Of a DNA stretch of 64,000 nt, positions 48,101-60,910 are shown piece after piece. Position 1 is the first letter of the stretch, and every line of letters begins with the position of its first letter. The stretch is taken from assembly GCA_951406725.2 (NCBI GenBank), contig OX597816.1, positions 66,588,001-66,652,000 on the forward strand, written 5' to 3'. The translations under genes and the position numbers were made by a program. Below the pieces are notes generated by a model. It was given only the letters and a program-made list of their open reading frames with translations, had not been told where the DNA came from and did not search any database. Source of the DNA: Octopus vulgaris (taxonomy: Eukaryota).

Positions 48101-48356
48101 TGTCCATCTCTCTCTCTCTCTCTCTGATATTTTATTAAAATGTCTTATTCTTATAAGGAAGGTTGTCTGATGTTATGAAGAGTATCCAGCAACAAATAAA
48201 TAAATAAATAAATAAATAAACCATGCCAAAGCAGATACTGCAGTCCAGTGTAGCTTTGTGGATCACCAGATCCTCTCAAACTATCCAACTCATGCTTGTA
48301 TGGAAAAAGAATGTTAAATGAGGAAAATGAATTCTTAAATTCTATTCTATTATATA

Positions 48357-48718
48357 CTAGCACTATGACCTGGCAATACTAGGTCATAGTGCTAGTGCAT
48401 GCATATACAGCTGTGTGCGTGCGCACATACACGTGAGTACTGTCCAAATCTCCGACCAATCACATACAGCTAGCTGGCATTCAATTGGCGTATTAAGTTT
48501 CGGGCACTTTGATTGGGTTTTGGATAAAAAATTCACAAAAAAGTCACTTCTATTGATCTTTTAATGGGGTGACTGGGGAAATGTAAAGATGTGCACGACC
48601 ACCCTTGGACGGTTTTGAATGACCATAGAAAGTGCAAGCCCTCTAACTGAAAAATTGTGGATTTGTATAAAGGACACACACACACAGACAGACATTTTGC
48701 CGTTTATATATATAGAGA
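48357..48718 (-). mobile_element. Non-autonomous Helitron family H1 (complete)
   Basis: Reverse complement of 26440-26821; A|TC...CTAG|T. Confidence 0.88.
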
Positions 48719-50179
48719 TTTTTATGCTATTTGAAGTAACTATATTCCATGATGTTAATTCTATTTTACTTTAAAAAATCTAATAGTACACATCCACTTA
48801 ACTCATTTTTTACACTCACAGATCAACTGCAATATTTTTCAGATTTCAATTTAGCACTTGAATAACCAGACTGTATTCTTTTTTTTTTATGTGCCTAACA
48901 GATCAGACAGTGCTAACATAGCTTGAACATTAAGGCCACACTGACTTATCTCGCATGAATGATTAAAACCACACTGACATGATTAGCACAAAGATAAAAC
49001 AACAATGGCATATTAAGCACGACCAGTTAGATTGCTGGTCCTCAAACATTACAAGTACCTGTTCACCATCATTATTTTAACATCTACTTTTCCATACCTG
49101 CATGGGTCGGATGAAGCTTATCGAGGCAGATGTTTCTCATTATATCAAACCTCACCTGTTTCCAAGCACGGTGATATTTTCCCATGGCCAGACTTGCTTA
49201 TACAGAATATTGGAAATGAACGACACTGCTTGTATGTCAGTGACACTCATTTACAAATATCACACAGTCAAGATAAAGACACATACACATTAGGCTTCCT
49301 TAACTTTCTATCAACTGAATTTACTCACAAAGCTTTGGACAGCCCAAAGTTACAGAAGAAAATACTTGCCCAAGGTGCCACATAGTGAGACTGAACCTGT
49401 AACCATGAGTTGAGAAGCAAAATTCTTAATCACACAGCCACACCTGTTTAAAAACAAAACTTTTCAGCTCTACTCCTATCTCTTTAATAATGGTTTTCAG
49501 GTACATGGTTAGCAATTTTGAGGTGAGTAGGTATTTGTTAATACCATTGGTCACAGTTTGTGACACTTCAACTTCTTTTAATAACGAGATGACTAAACAG
49601 ATTTTGTTTCCATATAATTTTTTCTTCACTATAGTGTTGGACAAACTTAAAAAAACAAAAAAGTTAAAACCATCTTTTAATTCTATTAAATATGGCACTT
49701 TATCTGTTGCTTTTCAATTCTCACAGCCCCTTCCTCATGAAAAAAAACCCCTGATTTAGATCACCCTGACATGGCTAGCACTAATGAATGACAGATCTAG
49801 CATGACCAATTAATCCATGTTAGCATAACCAGTGTGTCTGATTAGACCATGCTAACATAGTAGTGATTAGGCCATTGGTGGTTAATCAGACCATACTAAT
49901 ATGGCTATCATAGTAACAAATAATTGATAGTGACTTGTTTACTGTCTACTTATTTCTTCTTCTGAGCATATTTACTATTCATCATTTGTCCCTCTTATTG
50001 CTTTACTTTGTCATCTTGGCACTTATGTGCATAAACAAATGAATACGTAAGTTACATGACTTACTGAAATTGAATTTCTGACTTGTAATACAAGTCTGAT
50101 GCCATTGTGAACTTCAGGTTCTTGCCTGAAGATCACAATGGAGTGAAACTTGAATAGCAAAACAAAAGTTCTGGTTCAA

Positions 50180-50458
50180 TATATATATATTATATAAAAT
50201 CTGTTCCGTCTGTCTGTGTGTGTGTCTTCTAGGATCTCGGGCATCCTCCATCCGATTGCGCTCAAATTTGATATGTAGATACCAATGGTATCAGAGTGAG
50301 TATAAGTCTTGAAAAAATTACAAAAATCGATTCCAGGTGAGAATGCAATCGATAAAGCCGTGGGAACATGCATTTGTATGCGCAACTACATCAGCTGTTG
50401 TGATCAATACTACGCATACACGCGAAAACGTCTATCTTTATTTCTTCTTTTGCTAGTG
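50180..50458 (+). mobile_element. Probable Helitron-type non-autonomous element (5' part)
   Basis: tatatataaaatctgttccgtctgtctgtgtg...atctcg...ccgattgcgctcaaatttg, typical of rolling-circle non-autonomous 5' ends; 3' end uncertain. Confidence 0.45.
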
Positions 50459-50573
50459 TCTCAAATTTAAGTTAAATCAGTGTTTCTCAAAAGGGAGGCC
50501 AATGGGACGGTCGGACAAGTTGTTTTGACAACTCAGCACCATCCATTAGGCAGGGGGGTTTGGGGGGTGTGCG

Positions 50574-50609
<36 letters not shown>

Positions 50610-51705
50610 AAATATTTCTCACTACACAACAACTCCATTGAAGTGTGTTGTTGTTTAACCTCAGTCCTGCTGTGATCAAATATATCTATGACCAAAGGCC
50701 TTCCAGCTACATCTATCTAATCTTTTTAGGGGGCATGAAGGACTAGATTATCAAATTTTATTTTTCAGAACTGGACTTAATCTGTTGTTCAGTTTAATAC
50801 CACTACTTAGTCCATTGGTATTTTTAGTAGAATCTTCTGTGTTGTATGCATTTAAACCATTTAAACCTTGCATCTGCTCTGAGGATAAACTCACCCCAAC
50901 CTTCTTCCTCTGATTAAACCTTAAAAAGATAAAGAGTAAAAAAAAAAAAAGTAAAAAAAAACAAAGAAGAAAAATGAAAAAAACTGGTAAAATTTGAAGG
51001 AGACCTGGCAGCTATTATAAGTCCCCCTCAAATGTAGTTTGAGCATTTCTAGTGATTCTGCTACTGCTGCATTCTGGGAAAATGAGTGCATATCATCCCA
51101 CCCTCCAAAAGCCTTACTTCTGCATATGTATATATGGTACAGTAAAAATTGTACAGACTGAAGAAGAAACAGGAAGTTGGGGAGGTAGAGGGTGAGGAAA
51201 CAAGTCTGCGTTTGTGAACTGGGGAAGAAAAAGGGAAGAGGTGAGTTTTAAACTAAGAAGCCACAATTGTAAACACATCATTACAGACTCTCCACTACCA
51301 ACCTGTTTTCTCATTCCTTCGTAATACTTCTTTTCTTACCATCCATTTTTTTTTCGACAAATATACTCCCAACTCTTTCACAATAGCAGCACCAACTTCT
51401 GTCTCTCGCGTATATATATATATATCTCCCCCTATTTCACCCTATTTCCCTGCAGCTCTTCTCTTCCTCTTCTATCAGCAAACATTATCCATTCATGGCC
51501 ACACTCAGCTACCAAACTTTTATGTACACACCGGAGTTGTTTATAACAAGTGCGTATACAGTAAGTTGTTCACCCACCTATATACGTAGTCCCATAAGTA
51601 AACCAGTATTTATGACTATGTTAATGTCCAAATGCTATCTGATTTTCAGGACACTTGGTATATTGGACAAACAATTATGCACATGGTATATGTGTATAAA
51701 ATTGA

Positions 51706-51900
51706 AGGTGCATGGCTCAGTGGTTAGAGTATCGGGCTTACAATTGTGAGGTTGTGAGTTTGATCACCAGACTGGATGAGCAAGGTACTTTATTTCTTGT
51801 TGTTCCAGTTCACCCAGCTGTTGCAATGCCACAGGTAACAAACTGCATCAGCTTTTACTTTTCCTTTGGACAACATCAGTGGCGTGAAGAGGGGAGACTC
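51706..51900 (+). mobile_element. SINE family C (truncated)
   Basis: catggctcagtggttagag head and CORE-like block. Confidence 0.8.
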
Positions 51901-52123
51901 TGTTTTAATGGCGGAACAAACATGGGAATTCCATTACAAAAAGTTTTAAGCGATTTTCTCGGTAACTCTGGGGGCTAGGAAAAAAAAATACAAACTGCAT
52001 TCCAATTTATGCACCCGCCTCCACATGTGTGCCATTTTTCACGCGAATCCACCCAGCCATTTGGCTGTGAACCTCAACACAAGAAAGAATACAATGATTG
52101 CCCATGTCCAATTTATATTATAG
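51900..52123 (-). mobile_element. Probable Helitron 5' fragment
   Basis: Minus strand begins A|TCTATAATATAAA; 3' terminus not seen. Confidence 0.4.
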
Positions 52124-53869
52124 ATGAAAAGTATGTGTGAGAGCAAGTGTGATCCTACCTGTTATATATGAGAGCATTTAACTCACATGACAGTAGAAAG
52201 AAGGAAAAAATTTCTATTGACTTTTTTTGCATTTTTTTTTTTTTAAATAAGATGTCCTCTCAACATAGAATATCATTGTTTTAACATCCACATTTCCATG
52301 CTTGCATCGGTCAGATGAAGTTTATTGAGGTAGATTTTCTATAGCCAGATGCCCTTCCTGTTGCAAACCCTCACCTATTTCCAATCAAAGTAATATTTCC
52401 CCATGGTCATACATTTTTTGCAGTAGATTGGAAATTAATGACACTGCTTGTATGACAGTGACACTCATTTACAACTATCATGTCAAGACAAAGTGACACA
52501 TCCAGACATCATTATTTATGACAGGCATCTTTCAGTTATTGTCAACTAAATCCATACACATGGCTTTGGTTGGGCTGGAGCTATAGCAGAAGACACTTTC
52601 CCAAGGTATCATGCAGTGAGACTGAACCCAAAACCAAATGGTTGGGATGCAAACTTCTTCACCACACAGTTACAACTGTGTATATTTCTATCTTTCACAC
52701 AAATCAATCAAATCCAAATGTTTGAGCTAGTTGTTTATGGAGTCTCTCACTCTGCTACAAACACTAACAAAATCTCTCTCAAATCATGCAGAATATAAAT
52801 AAATGAAAAAAGGAAAGACACATTGGATAATATTGTCAGCCATAAATTTAAAGAGAAATAAAGACTCATCTCGCCCCAGTGGAGATACGATCCTGGGTAT
52901 GATTGAAAGCTTTTGATCCTAAGTCTGGTGGCCTCAAAACAAAAACAGAAAGTAATAGAGAATGTTGAAGATCCAGTCACGGTAATGGTAGAGAAGTAAA
53001 AAAGAAAATGGTTAAAGAGAAGGATTGCATTTAAAAGTACTAACTATGGTTGTCAATTCTATATGCATAGGGATGACAGTTGTTGGTCGGTCTTTAACAT
53101 AAAGTCAAACCTGATGAAGCAAATCAATGATCAAAAATATTTCCAATTGTAGCCACCCAGTCTTATGGGTATCAAAGACTACATTATCCAATTTAATACT
53201 TCAGTTTTTTTTTTTAAGGGCAGTAGGGTGTTATTATTCGGGAGATTTGGCTGCTATTTCATATATATATATATATATATACAATGGATTAAATAATGTC
53301 AGTATTAGTCACTGGTAAGAATGACATTTGATGCGCTTGAATCAATATCATTTCTCACTTAACCTATACTATCTTGGTCCATTGAAGTATAACTATACAA
53401 ATATGTAGCCTATTATTCAAATATTTCACTATTCTGTAGCAATGGGTGCAAAACTTATCTAAGCATATAACTTTGTATTATTATTAGTAACACTACAAAG
53501 TTATACGAGCAGATCAGTTTTGAACCCAATTAATAATAATAATAATAATAATGAGGTGAGCTGGCAGAATCATTAGTACACCAGACAAGCTTCGCTGAGG
53601 TTGATGTAATCAATTTACCCTTTCACCTGAAATTGCTTGCCTTGAGCCAAAAATTTGAAACCATTAATAGTAATAATGAGAGAGGTGAAGAGGCTCCATC
53701 AGACTGAATTGCTCCAAGGTACAGTATATAAATACTAATTCTATAAGCAAAGTTTCTGTCAACTGTTTGTTGTGGAGTTGTTAAGATTTATGATACTGAA
53801 TCAAAATATCTAATTCAAAAAAGTTAATTTGTGTTGATTACATTTGTGTATCATTATTGTCTTCAGGAA

Positions 53870-54084
53870 AGGCAATGAGCTGGCAGAAATGTTAGCATGC
53901 TGGCCAAAATGCTTAGCGGTATTTTGTCTGTCTTTACATTCTGAGTTCAAATTCTGCCGAGGTCAACTTTGCCTTTCATCCTTTCGGGGGTCGATAAATT
54001 AAGTACCAGTTGCATACTGGAGTCGATCTAATTGACTGGCCTTCTCCCCCAAAATTTCGGGCCTTGTGCCTAGAGTAGAAAAGA
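53870..54084 (+). mobile_element. SINE family B (full length)
   Basis: 16-bp TSD attattgtcttcagga on both sides. Confidence 0.9.
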
Positions 54085-55432
54085 TTATTGTCTTCAGGAG
54101 CACTTTAATATGAAGTAAAGTACAATAGGGACGGTTTTAAATTCACTAGGTGTAAAACATTTCAGTAAGAACAAAAAAACAACAAAAAAAGTCTAAGGTA
54201 AGTAGTAATGGTCAGAGTTTGGAACAAATAATACAATTTCAGAGAAAGAGGAGAGAGAGAAAAAAAAAAAAAAGATCTAGAACAAAAGCTATACCATATT
54301 CAAGAAAGAAAAGTGCATGTAATACCGACAAGAGGTGAGTTCTGATATGACATTTCTTCAAAGAAGGATGCTGACCATAATGTGCAACGTCATCTCTCCT
54401 GAGAGCACATGAACTAATCTTGTTTTATGAGTTCTGTAATGATTTTTTTTCACTTTAGGCTAAAAGTATTGTAAGAAAACATTAATGTTGCTCCTTGTAA
54501 CTTCTCTCTCCAAAAACCTCCAAGTTTTTCTCTCTATACAACTATATATTTCACTACATATCTTAAGGTTAAAATAAACAGAGTGTGGTGTTCATGCCTT
54601 TCCTAAATACACTAGTGGGTAGTGTAAAGTGAAATGAATTGTCTTCAACTAGAGATTAAAACCTTATGGTTTCAGAATTCAAAGAATTTACCATTTGCTC
54701 TATGCTAGTAAATGGAAGAGGACAATGTGAATTTGAAACTTTCACTCAGGAACCACCCCCTCTCAAAAACCCCTTTTTTAACCACAATCTATACTTACAC
54801 TCAGATTGGTGGTTGCTCCTCTTTGCTAGTCAACATAACTTCTCTATTTAGACTAAGCTTTCCTTTTACACATTCACACATTACCATTTATTATTAGCAC
54901 TGACATATGAAAGACTGTGTCTTAGATTCACTTGCATCACATTCTTAGCATTAACATGTCAAATTCTCTTCACTGTAGCTGGAATATTGCAGAGTTAAAA
55001 ACGGTTTTTATTTTAATGCCAAAATATGATGATGACATTGCAAGTGAGAGGTGTCAGCCACTTCAGGCAAACCAACTTCACCACATTAGCTGTCCTATTT
55101 TATCACTTCCTCTGAAAATATTTCTGATGTGCTTCCTGCCAAGTAAATAATCTTAATTATTTTGTAATCTTATATAACCAAATTCCTTTAGTCGAATTTA
55201 TTTCTCAACACCCATCCTTAATATTTTTACATCTGTTTGTCACACTGATCATCAAAATCACATCTCATGTAGTTGTCATTATGTCAAGCTACCGATTGAA
55301 GAGCCTTCACTTAGTCACTTGTCAATAGCTGTGCATTGCGTTGATGCCAAACTCACAACTTTCAATGGTCCAATCTGACTGAATGAAAATAGGTATGACT
55401 GGGAGGAAAGTAACACTACAACTGTGTATAGT

Positions 55433-56040
55433 CGCAGGCATGGTTGTGTGGTTAAGATGCTTGCTTTGGAACCACATGGTGTCAGGTTCAGTCTCAATGC
55501 ATGACACATTGGGCAAGTATCTTCTACTATAACCCTGGACCACCTAATACCTATTTCTTTACTACCCACAAAGGGCTAAACACAGAGAGGACAAACAAGG
55601 ACAAACGGATTAAGTCGAATACATCGACCCCAGTGCGTAGCTGGTACTTATTTAATCGACCCCGAAAGGATGAAAGGCAAAGTTAACCATGGTGGAATTT
55701 GAACTCAGAACGTAGCGGCAGATGAAATACTGCTAAGCATTACGCCCGGCGTGCTAATGTTTCTGCCAGCTCGCCACCTTAATACCTTGTGAGTGAATTT
55801 GGTAGACAGAAACCTTGAAGAAACCAATGTTATGTTTGTTTCTCCCTCCCTACTACTGTTTGACAACTGGCATTGGTTTGTTTACATCCACATAACTTAG
55901 TGGTTCAGCATAGAGACTAATAGAATAAGTACCAGACTTAAAGAAAAATAAGTACTAGGGTTGATTTGTTTATCTCAAACTTTCAAGACTGGTACTCCAG
56001 CATGTCTGCAGTCCAGTGACTGAAACAAGTAAAAGATAAA
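55433..56040 (+). mobile_element. SINE A interrupted by SINE B (55552-55779, minus strand)
   Basis: B insertion with TSD taatacct. Confidence 0.85.
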
Positions 56041-56130
56041 AGATATGTTATTACTGACACATATATTGTCAGTGTGCTCAGATTCTTACAAGAGGATGTC
56101 TGATGAAAGCAAGTCATAAATGATTGAGCA

Positions 56131-56568
56131 TTCTGTAGTATACCAATAACTTTGGCGGTTTACAAGACCAGGAATTGAACCTTCTGTAGTATCCCAATAA
56201 CTCTGGCACTTTATGAGACCAGGAATCGAGCCTTCTGTAGTATCCCAATAACTTTGGCAATTTATGAGACCACAAATTGAGCCTTCTGTAGTATCCCAAT
56301 AACTTTGGCGGTTTATGAGACCAGGAATCGAGCCTTCTGAAGTATCCCAATAACTTTGGCAGTTTATGAGACCAGGAATCGAGCCTTCTGTCGTATCCCA
56401 ATAACTTTGGTGGTTTATGAGACCAGAAATGAGCCTTCCCAATAACTTTGGCGGTTTTTGAGACCAGGAATTGAGCCTTCTGTAGCATCCCAATAACTTT
56501 GATGGTTTATGAGACCAGGAATTGAGCCTTCTGTAGTATCCCAATAACTTCGACGGTTTATGAGACTA
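56131..56568. repeat. 51-bp minisatellite, ~9 copies
   Basis: Unit ttctgtagtatcccaataactttggcggtttatgagaccaggaatcgagcc; one unit has ~10 bp deleted. Confidence 0.93.
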
Positions 56569-56721
56569 GAAACTGGAAGAATATTTAATTTGAAACACTT
56601 GTATAAACTGTTGCTGCAGTTAGAGTGCTGGCTGTATATTCTATATGACAATGAAAGAATGAGGGAGCTTTTAAATGATCACTTGGCCAGCTAGAAATAT
56701 TACATGTCTCTCAAATTATCT

Positions 56722-57117
56722 CTTATTTGTTTCAGTCAATGGACTGAGGTCATGTTGGGGCACTGTCTTGAAGGCTTTTCGTCAAACAAATTGATCCCAG
56801 TTCTTATTTTTAAAGCCTGGTACTTATTGTCATTCGTTAATGCCAACTGCTAAGTTATGGGATGTAAACTTGCCCAATGTGCCACACAGTGGGATTGAAC
56901 TTGGAACATGAACTGCCAAGTGGTGGCAGGGAACAAACACAAAGACACACACACATACATGATCGGCTTCTTTCAGTTTCCACCTATGAAATCTACTCAC
57001 AAAGCTTTGGTTGGCCCAGGGCTATAATATAACATACTTGCCCAAGGTGCCACAGAGTGGGATTGAACTTGGAACCATGTGATTGGAAAGCATACTTCTT
57101 ACCACACAGCCACATCT
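56722..57117 (-). mobile_element. SINE family A with an internal ectopic duplication
   Basis: 56867-56910 duplicates 57036-57080. Confidence 0.85.
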
Positions 57118-57669
57118 ATACTCAACTTTCTTATAAAAAAAAAAATACATTTGATAATATGAACCTCTCCCCATCCCCAAAAAGGATGGGATAGTCATGC
57201 CTACAATTATACTTTTGATCATAAGTACTGAGTGCTTTGAATTCAAATTCTGTGGAGGTCAATGTTAACTTTCATTTTGTTTTAGGATTGATGAAAAAGA
57301 AGCAACCCTTGTGTCCAATTGGCTGCAAGCATTTGGGGTGAGGTCCTCAATTTGAGAAAACCTTCTTCCTTCCCATCTTTCTTCAGAGATCTTGAGAATA
57401 TTTATGGGCATTGCATTTCCTCTAGACTATGCAAAATAAAGAAATTCAGATCTGAAGATAAGGCTACATAAGCAAAATCAGATTGAGTTGAATCATGTGC
57501 TGTTGTTTTGCTGATTTACTAAATGACAATCTCAAACAAATTCTTGTACAGAAAAACAAACAAACAAACTAAAAGATGATTATTATGATTATCAGTCGCA
57601 GCAGCATCCTCATCTCAGCAAATGGAATCAATAGAGAGTTGTATTGTTAAATCAAAGATGATTATATTT

Positions 57670-58245
57670 TGGCATCTTGGACAAGTGTCTTGTACTGTAG
57701 CCCAAGGGCAACCAAAGCCATGAGAGTGAATTTTGCAAGCAGAAACTGTGTGGAAGCTCACCATGTACATATATTTACACATGTACACACACACACATGT
57801 GCATATGTGTGTGTGTTCCCCACTGCTGCTTGACAACTAGTGTTGGTTTGTTTACATCCCCTGATACAGCAAAAGATGCCAATAAAATAAGTACTACACT
57901 TGAAAAATAATTTTTTTTTATTGCCCACAAGAGGCTGAACATAGAGGGGACAAACAAGGACAGACAAACGGATTAAGTCGATTACATCGACCCCAGTGTC
58001 TAACTGGTACTTAATTTATCGACCCCGAAAGGATGAAAGGCAAAGTCGACCTCGGCGGAATTTGAACTCAGAACGCAGCAGCGGACGAAATAACACAAAG
58101 CATTTAGCCCGGCTTGCTAACGTTTCTGCCAGCTTGCCGCCCTATTTGAAAAATAAATATTAGGGTTGGTTTGTTCAGCTTAACCCTTCTAGGGTAAGTA
58201 CCCCAGTACGGCGGCTGCCCAATGACTGACACAAGAAAGGATAGA
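57670..58245 (+). mobile_element. Old SINE A interrupted by a young SINE B (57911-58142, minus strand)
   Basis: TSD ttgaaaaataa around the B copy. Confidence 0.82.
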
Positions 58246-58445
58246 AGATGAAAAATCACTGACTTTAATTACTCAGACACACCGTCTGCAATGAATGTCT
58301 ATGGCCACGACATACCCAACCTTACACACACACACGCGATACAAAGTTCACTTTTAATACAGATTCTTCAACACTCAAATTCACATAACAGCAAATTAGT
58401 AATCCAAGGAAAAAAGATAATCCGACTGTAAGCAGAAGCACTTAC

Positions 58446-59620
58446 AACAGTAAAATGTTTTATAATCTTACAGTGACAAGTTCAATTCTTTCCACTGGGT
58501 ATTGTTTAGTTGGGGGAGCTTATGGGTTCAATCAACAGGCAGGCTTAGAATACATAAAGATGAAGTCTTTAGTGTTGCCTCTATGATTCAGTGGATTAAG
58601 AAATTCGCCACCCTCTCCATAGTATTATCTTGAAGTTAAATAATGAGAGAGAAACGGAAAGAAAAAAATTTTTGTCTTCTCTTATAAGCAAAATTCTATT
58701 TAGAGAAAAAGCGAAAATGACTGCACAACAATAAATAAAAAAAAGGATCGACATCGTTTTTTGGTGTGTGCGTGTATGTTTGTATAAAAATACACACATA
58801 TACATACATAAGCACATATTCATCCGTACACAGAGAAACTTTTATATTTCTATCTAAATATATTTCATTATTTATGAGTCAGTTAAACATAGTGCAAATA
58901 GATGTATATACATACGGACAAAAAGAAAACAGCACTCACGCATAATTACAGACACACACATACATACTATCATGCACGCACAAACAGGCCCACATTACAT
59001 GCAAACAGAACCAGACGGTACTACTAGCGAACAGTGGTCCCGGTGCGCGCTCTCGCGCTAGCTAATGGTGACTAGTCGATCCCACAACGACTACGTAGCA
59101 AAGTAAATAAAACACAAAATAAATAATTTTTTCACACAAAGTAAATAATTTTTTAAACAAAGTAAAATAACACACAAAAACACAAAGTAAGGGATCGACT
59201 AGTCACGACTAGCTAGCGCGGCTGCGCGAGTACGCGCAACGGGGACCACTGTTCGCTAGTAATACCGAACCAGACACATACAATCACACATACACACACG
59301 CACATAATATACAATCACACACATAGGCAGACGATTGAGACACGCACACTGAAGTAAAAAAAACAAAAAAAAAACACGCGCAATTTCCCACACTTAATCA
59401 AAATAAGGATAATCTGTGTGAAGAGTGTGACACTGGAGATTTACAGGAAGTGATATGTTAGAGACAACAACATAACGCACTGCATTCCAGGCACTTGAAA
59501 CTCTTTTCCCAACAAAAATATGCGTACATGAAGGAAGAGAGAGAGACAAAGAGAAAGAGAGAAGTGGATGGAAATGGAGGGGGGGGAGGGGGAGCGAGGA
59601 GAAAATTTGGTCTTTGTCAG
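58446..59620 (-). promoter_or_regulatory. Candidate first exon / promoter region of the minus-strand gene
   Basis: Minus-strand donor GTAAGT at 58445-58440, unique UTR-like sequence, GA- and G-rich tracts at 59530-59600, and an apparent rise in CpG from here rightwards. Confidence 0.3.
59017..59266. mobile_element. Mutator-like MITE
   Basis: Perfect 9-bp TSD gaaccagac (59008-59016, 59267-59275); ~70-bp CpG-rich TIRs starting GGTA and ending TACC; AT-rich core. Confidence 0.88.
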
Positions 59621-60691
59621 CTATGAAGTGAAAGACAAATCTGCCAGGAAATGGCTAAACCACACTGGAATGCCCCTTCTCTGTTGGGAGTCTCAAAATG
59701 AGCAAGGTGCTTGAGTACGGCGACATTGAAGAACAACTGTTCAGATATTAAACCCAGAGATTTGTTGTTTTGTTCTTATCATTCCCCCTCGTCATTCTTC
59801 TTAGAAGCATTGTTGTCAGTGGTTGATTCTGCACATCAGCATCTGTTACTACTTGTAACTTCAACAAAGAAAATTATTCTTATACCAATTTAAGTACTCA
59901 TTTTAGACAAACGGGAACAGCTCATGACACGAACACATGCGAACACAGAAAAAAAAAAGAAAAAAAGGGAGGTGGCTCTATGTGGTTTCTCGACCTGTAG
60001 AAATAGCAGCCAAATCAATTGACATCCTACCATTTTAAAAAGAAGATACATTTATTGAGGATAAGGTAGTTCTGGATTACTGAAAGGGGATCATCATGTC
60101 TGGAACGTCTTTAATCATAGATCTGCTCAATAAGTGCTGACCTGGGGCTAAATAAACAATCCCGTCAATGCATCATGCAAAACACAATTTCGTTTCTTGT
60201 TTCTTTCATATTCATTTTTCATACATCGATTCATACCTTGCAGTTCTGGATAGTTTTTAAGAGACTGCTAAGTATTCATCCCCTGTACTAATAAAACAAG
60301 TAGTTAATTATTTAATTTCTATATGATTAAAGGTGTTCTTCAGTCCTATCGATTTTTGGAAAGGAGAATAATGGAAGTTGAGTGGTTCATAAATATTTTT
60401 AAGGACATAAGCAGAAATAACCCATGTTTAAAATAGCTACGAGATGCCATAACCATCAGCTTACAGCACTAGCCCCTGACGTTTGGCTTTAAAGTAACAG
60501 TCGAGCATGGTCTCGTTAAATTCAATATATGCAGCAACACTAGAAGCAAACCATCTTCCAAGCATCAGCAATACTATGTAAGATGCGACAAACCTAGTTA
60601 TTGCTCTATGTCTGAAAATGAACTGTGATTGATTGAAATAATCTAAGAACACCTGAAAAACTAGAGATAACTTATATTAAATGGTTATTTC

Positions 60692-60910
60692 TTATTTCTT
60701 TATTGCCCACAAGGGGCTAAACATAGAGTGGACAAAGGGATTAAGTCGATTATATCGACCCCAGTGCGTAAATGGTACTTATTTAATCGACCCCGAAAGG
60801 ATGAAAGGCAAAGTCGACCTCGGCGGAATTTGAACTCAGAACGCAGCGGCGGACGAAATACCCCCAAGCACTTCGCCCGGCGTGCTAACGTTTCTGCCAG
60901 CTCGCCGCCT
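60692..60910 (-). mobile_element. SINE family B (young)
   Basis: TSD ttaaatggttatttct; CpGs intact. Confidence 0.92.

Noticed and set aside
56086-56651. Repeat-protein CDS (17-aa repeats, 152 aa)
   Set aside because: A frameshifting deletion inside the array swaps peptide phases, no splice signals bound it, and the open frames are expected from a stop-free 51-bp unit.
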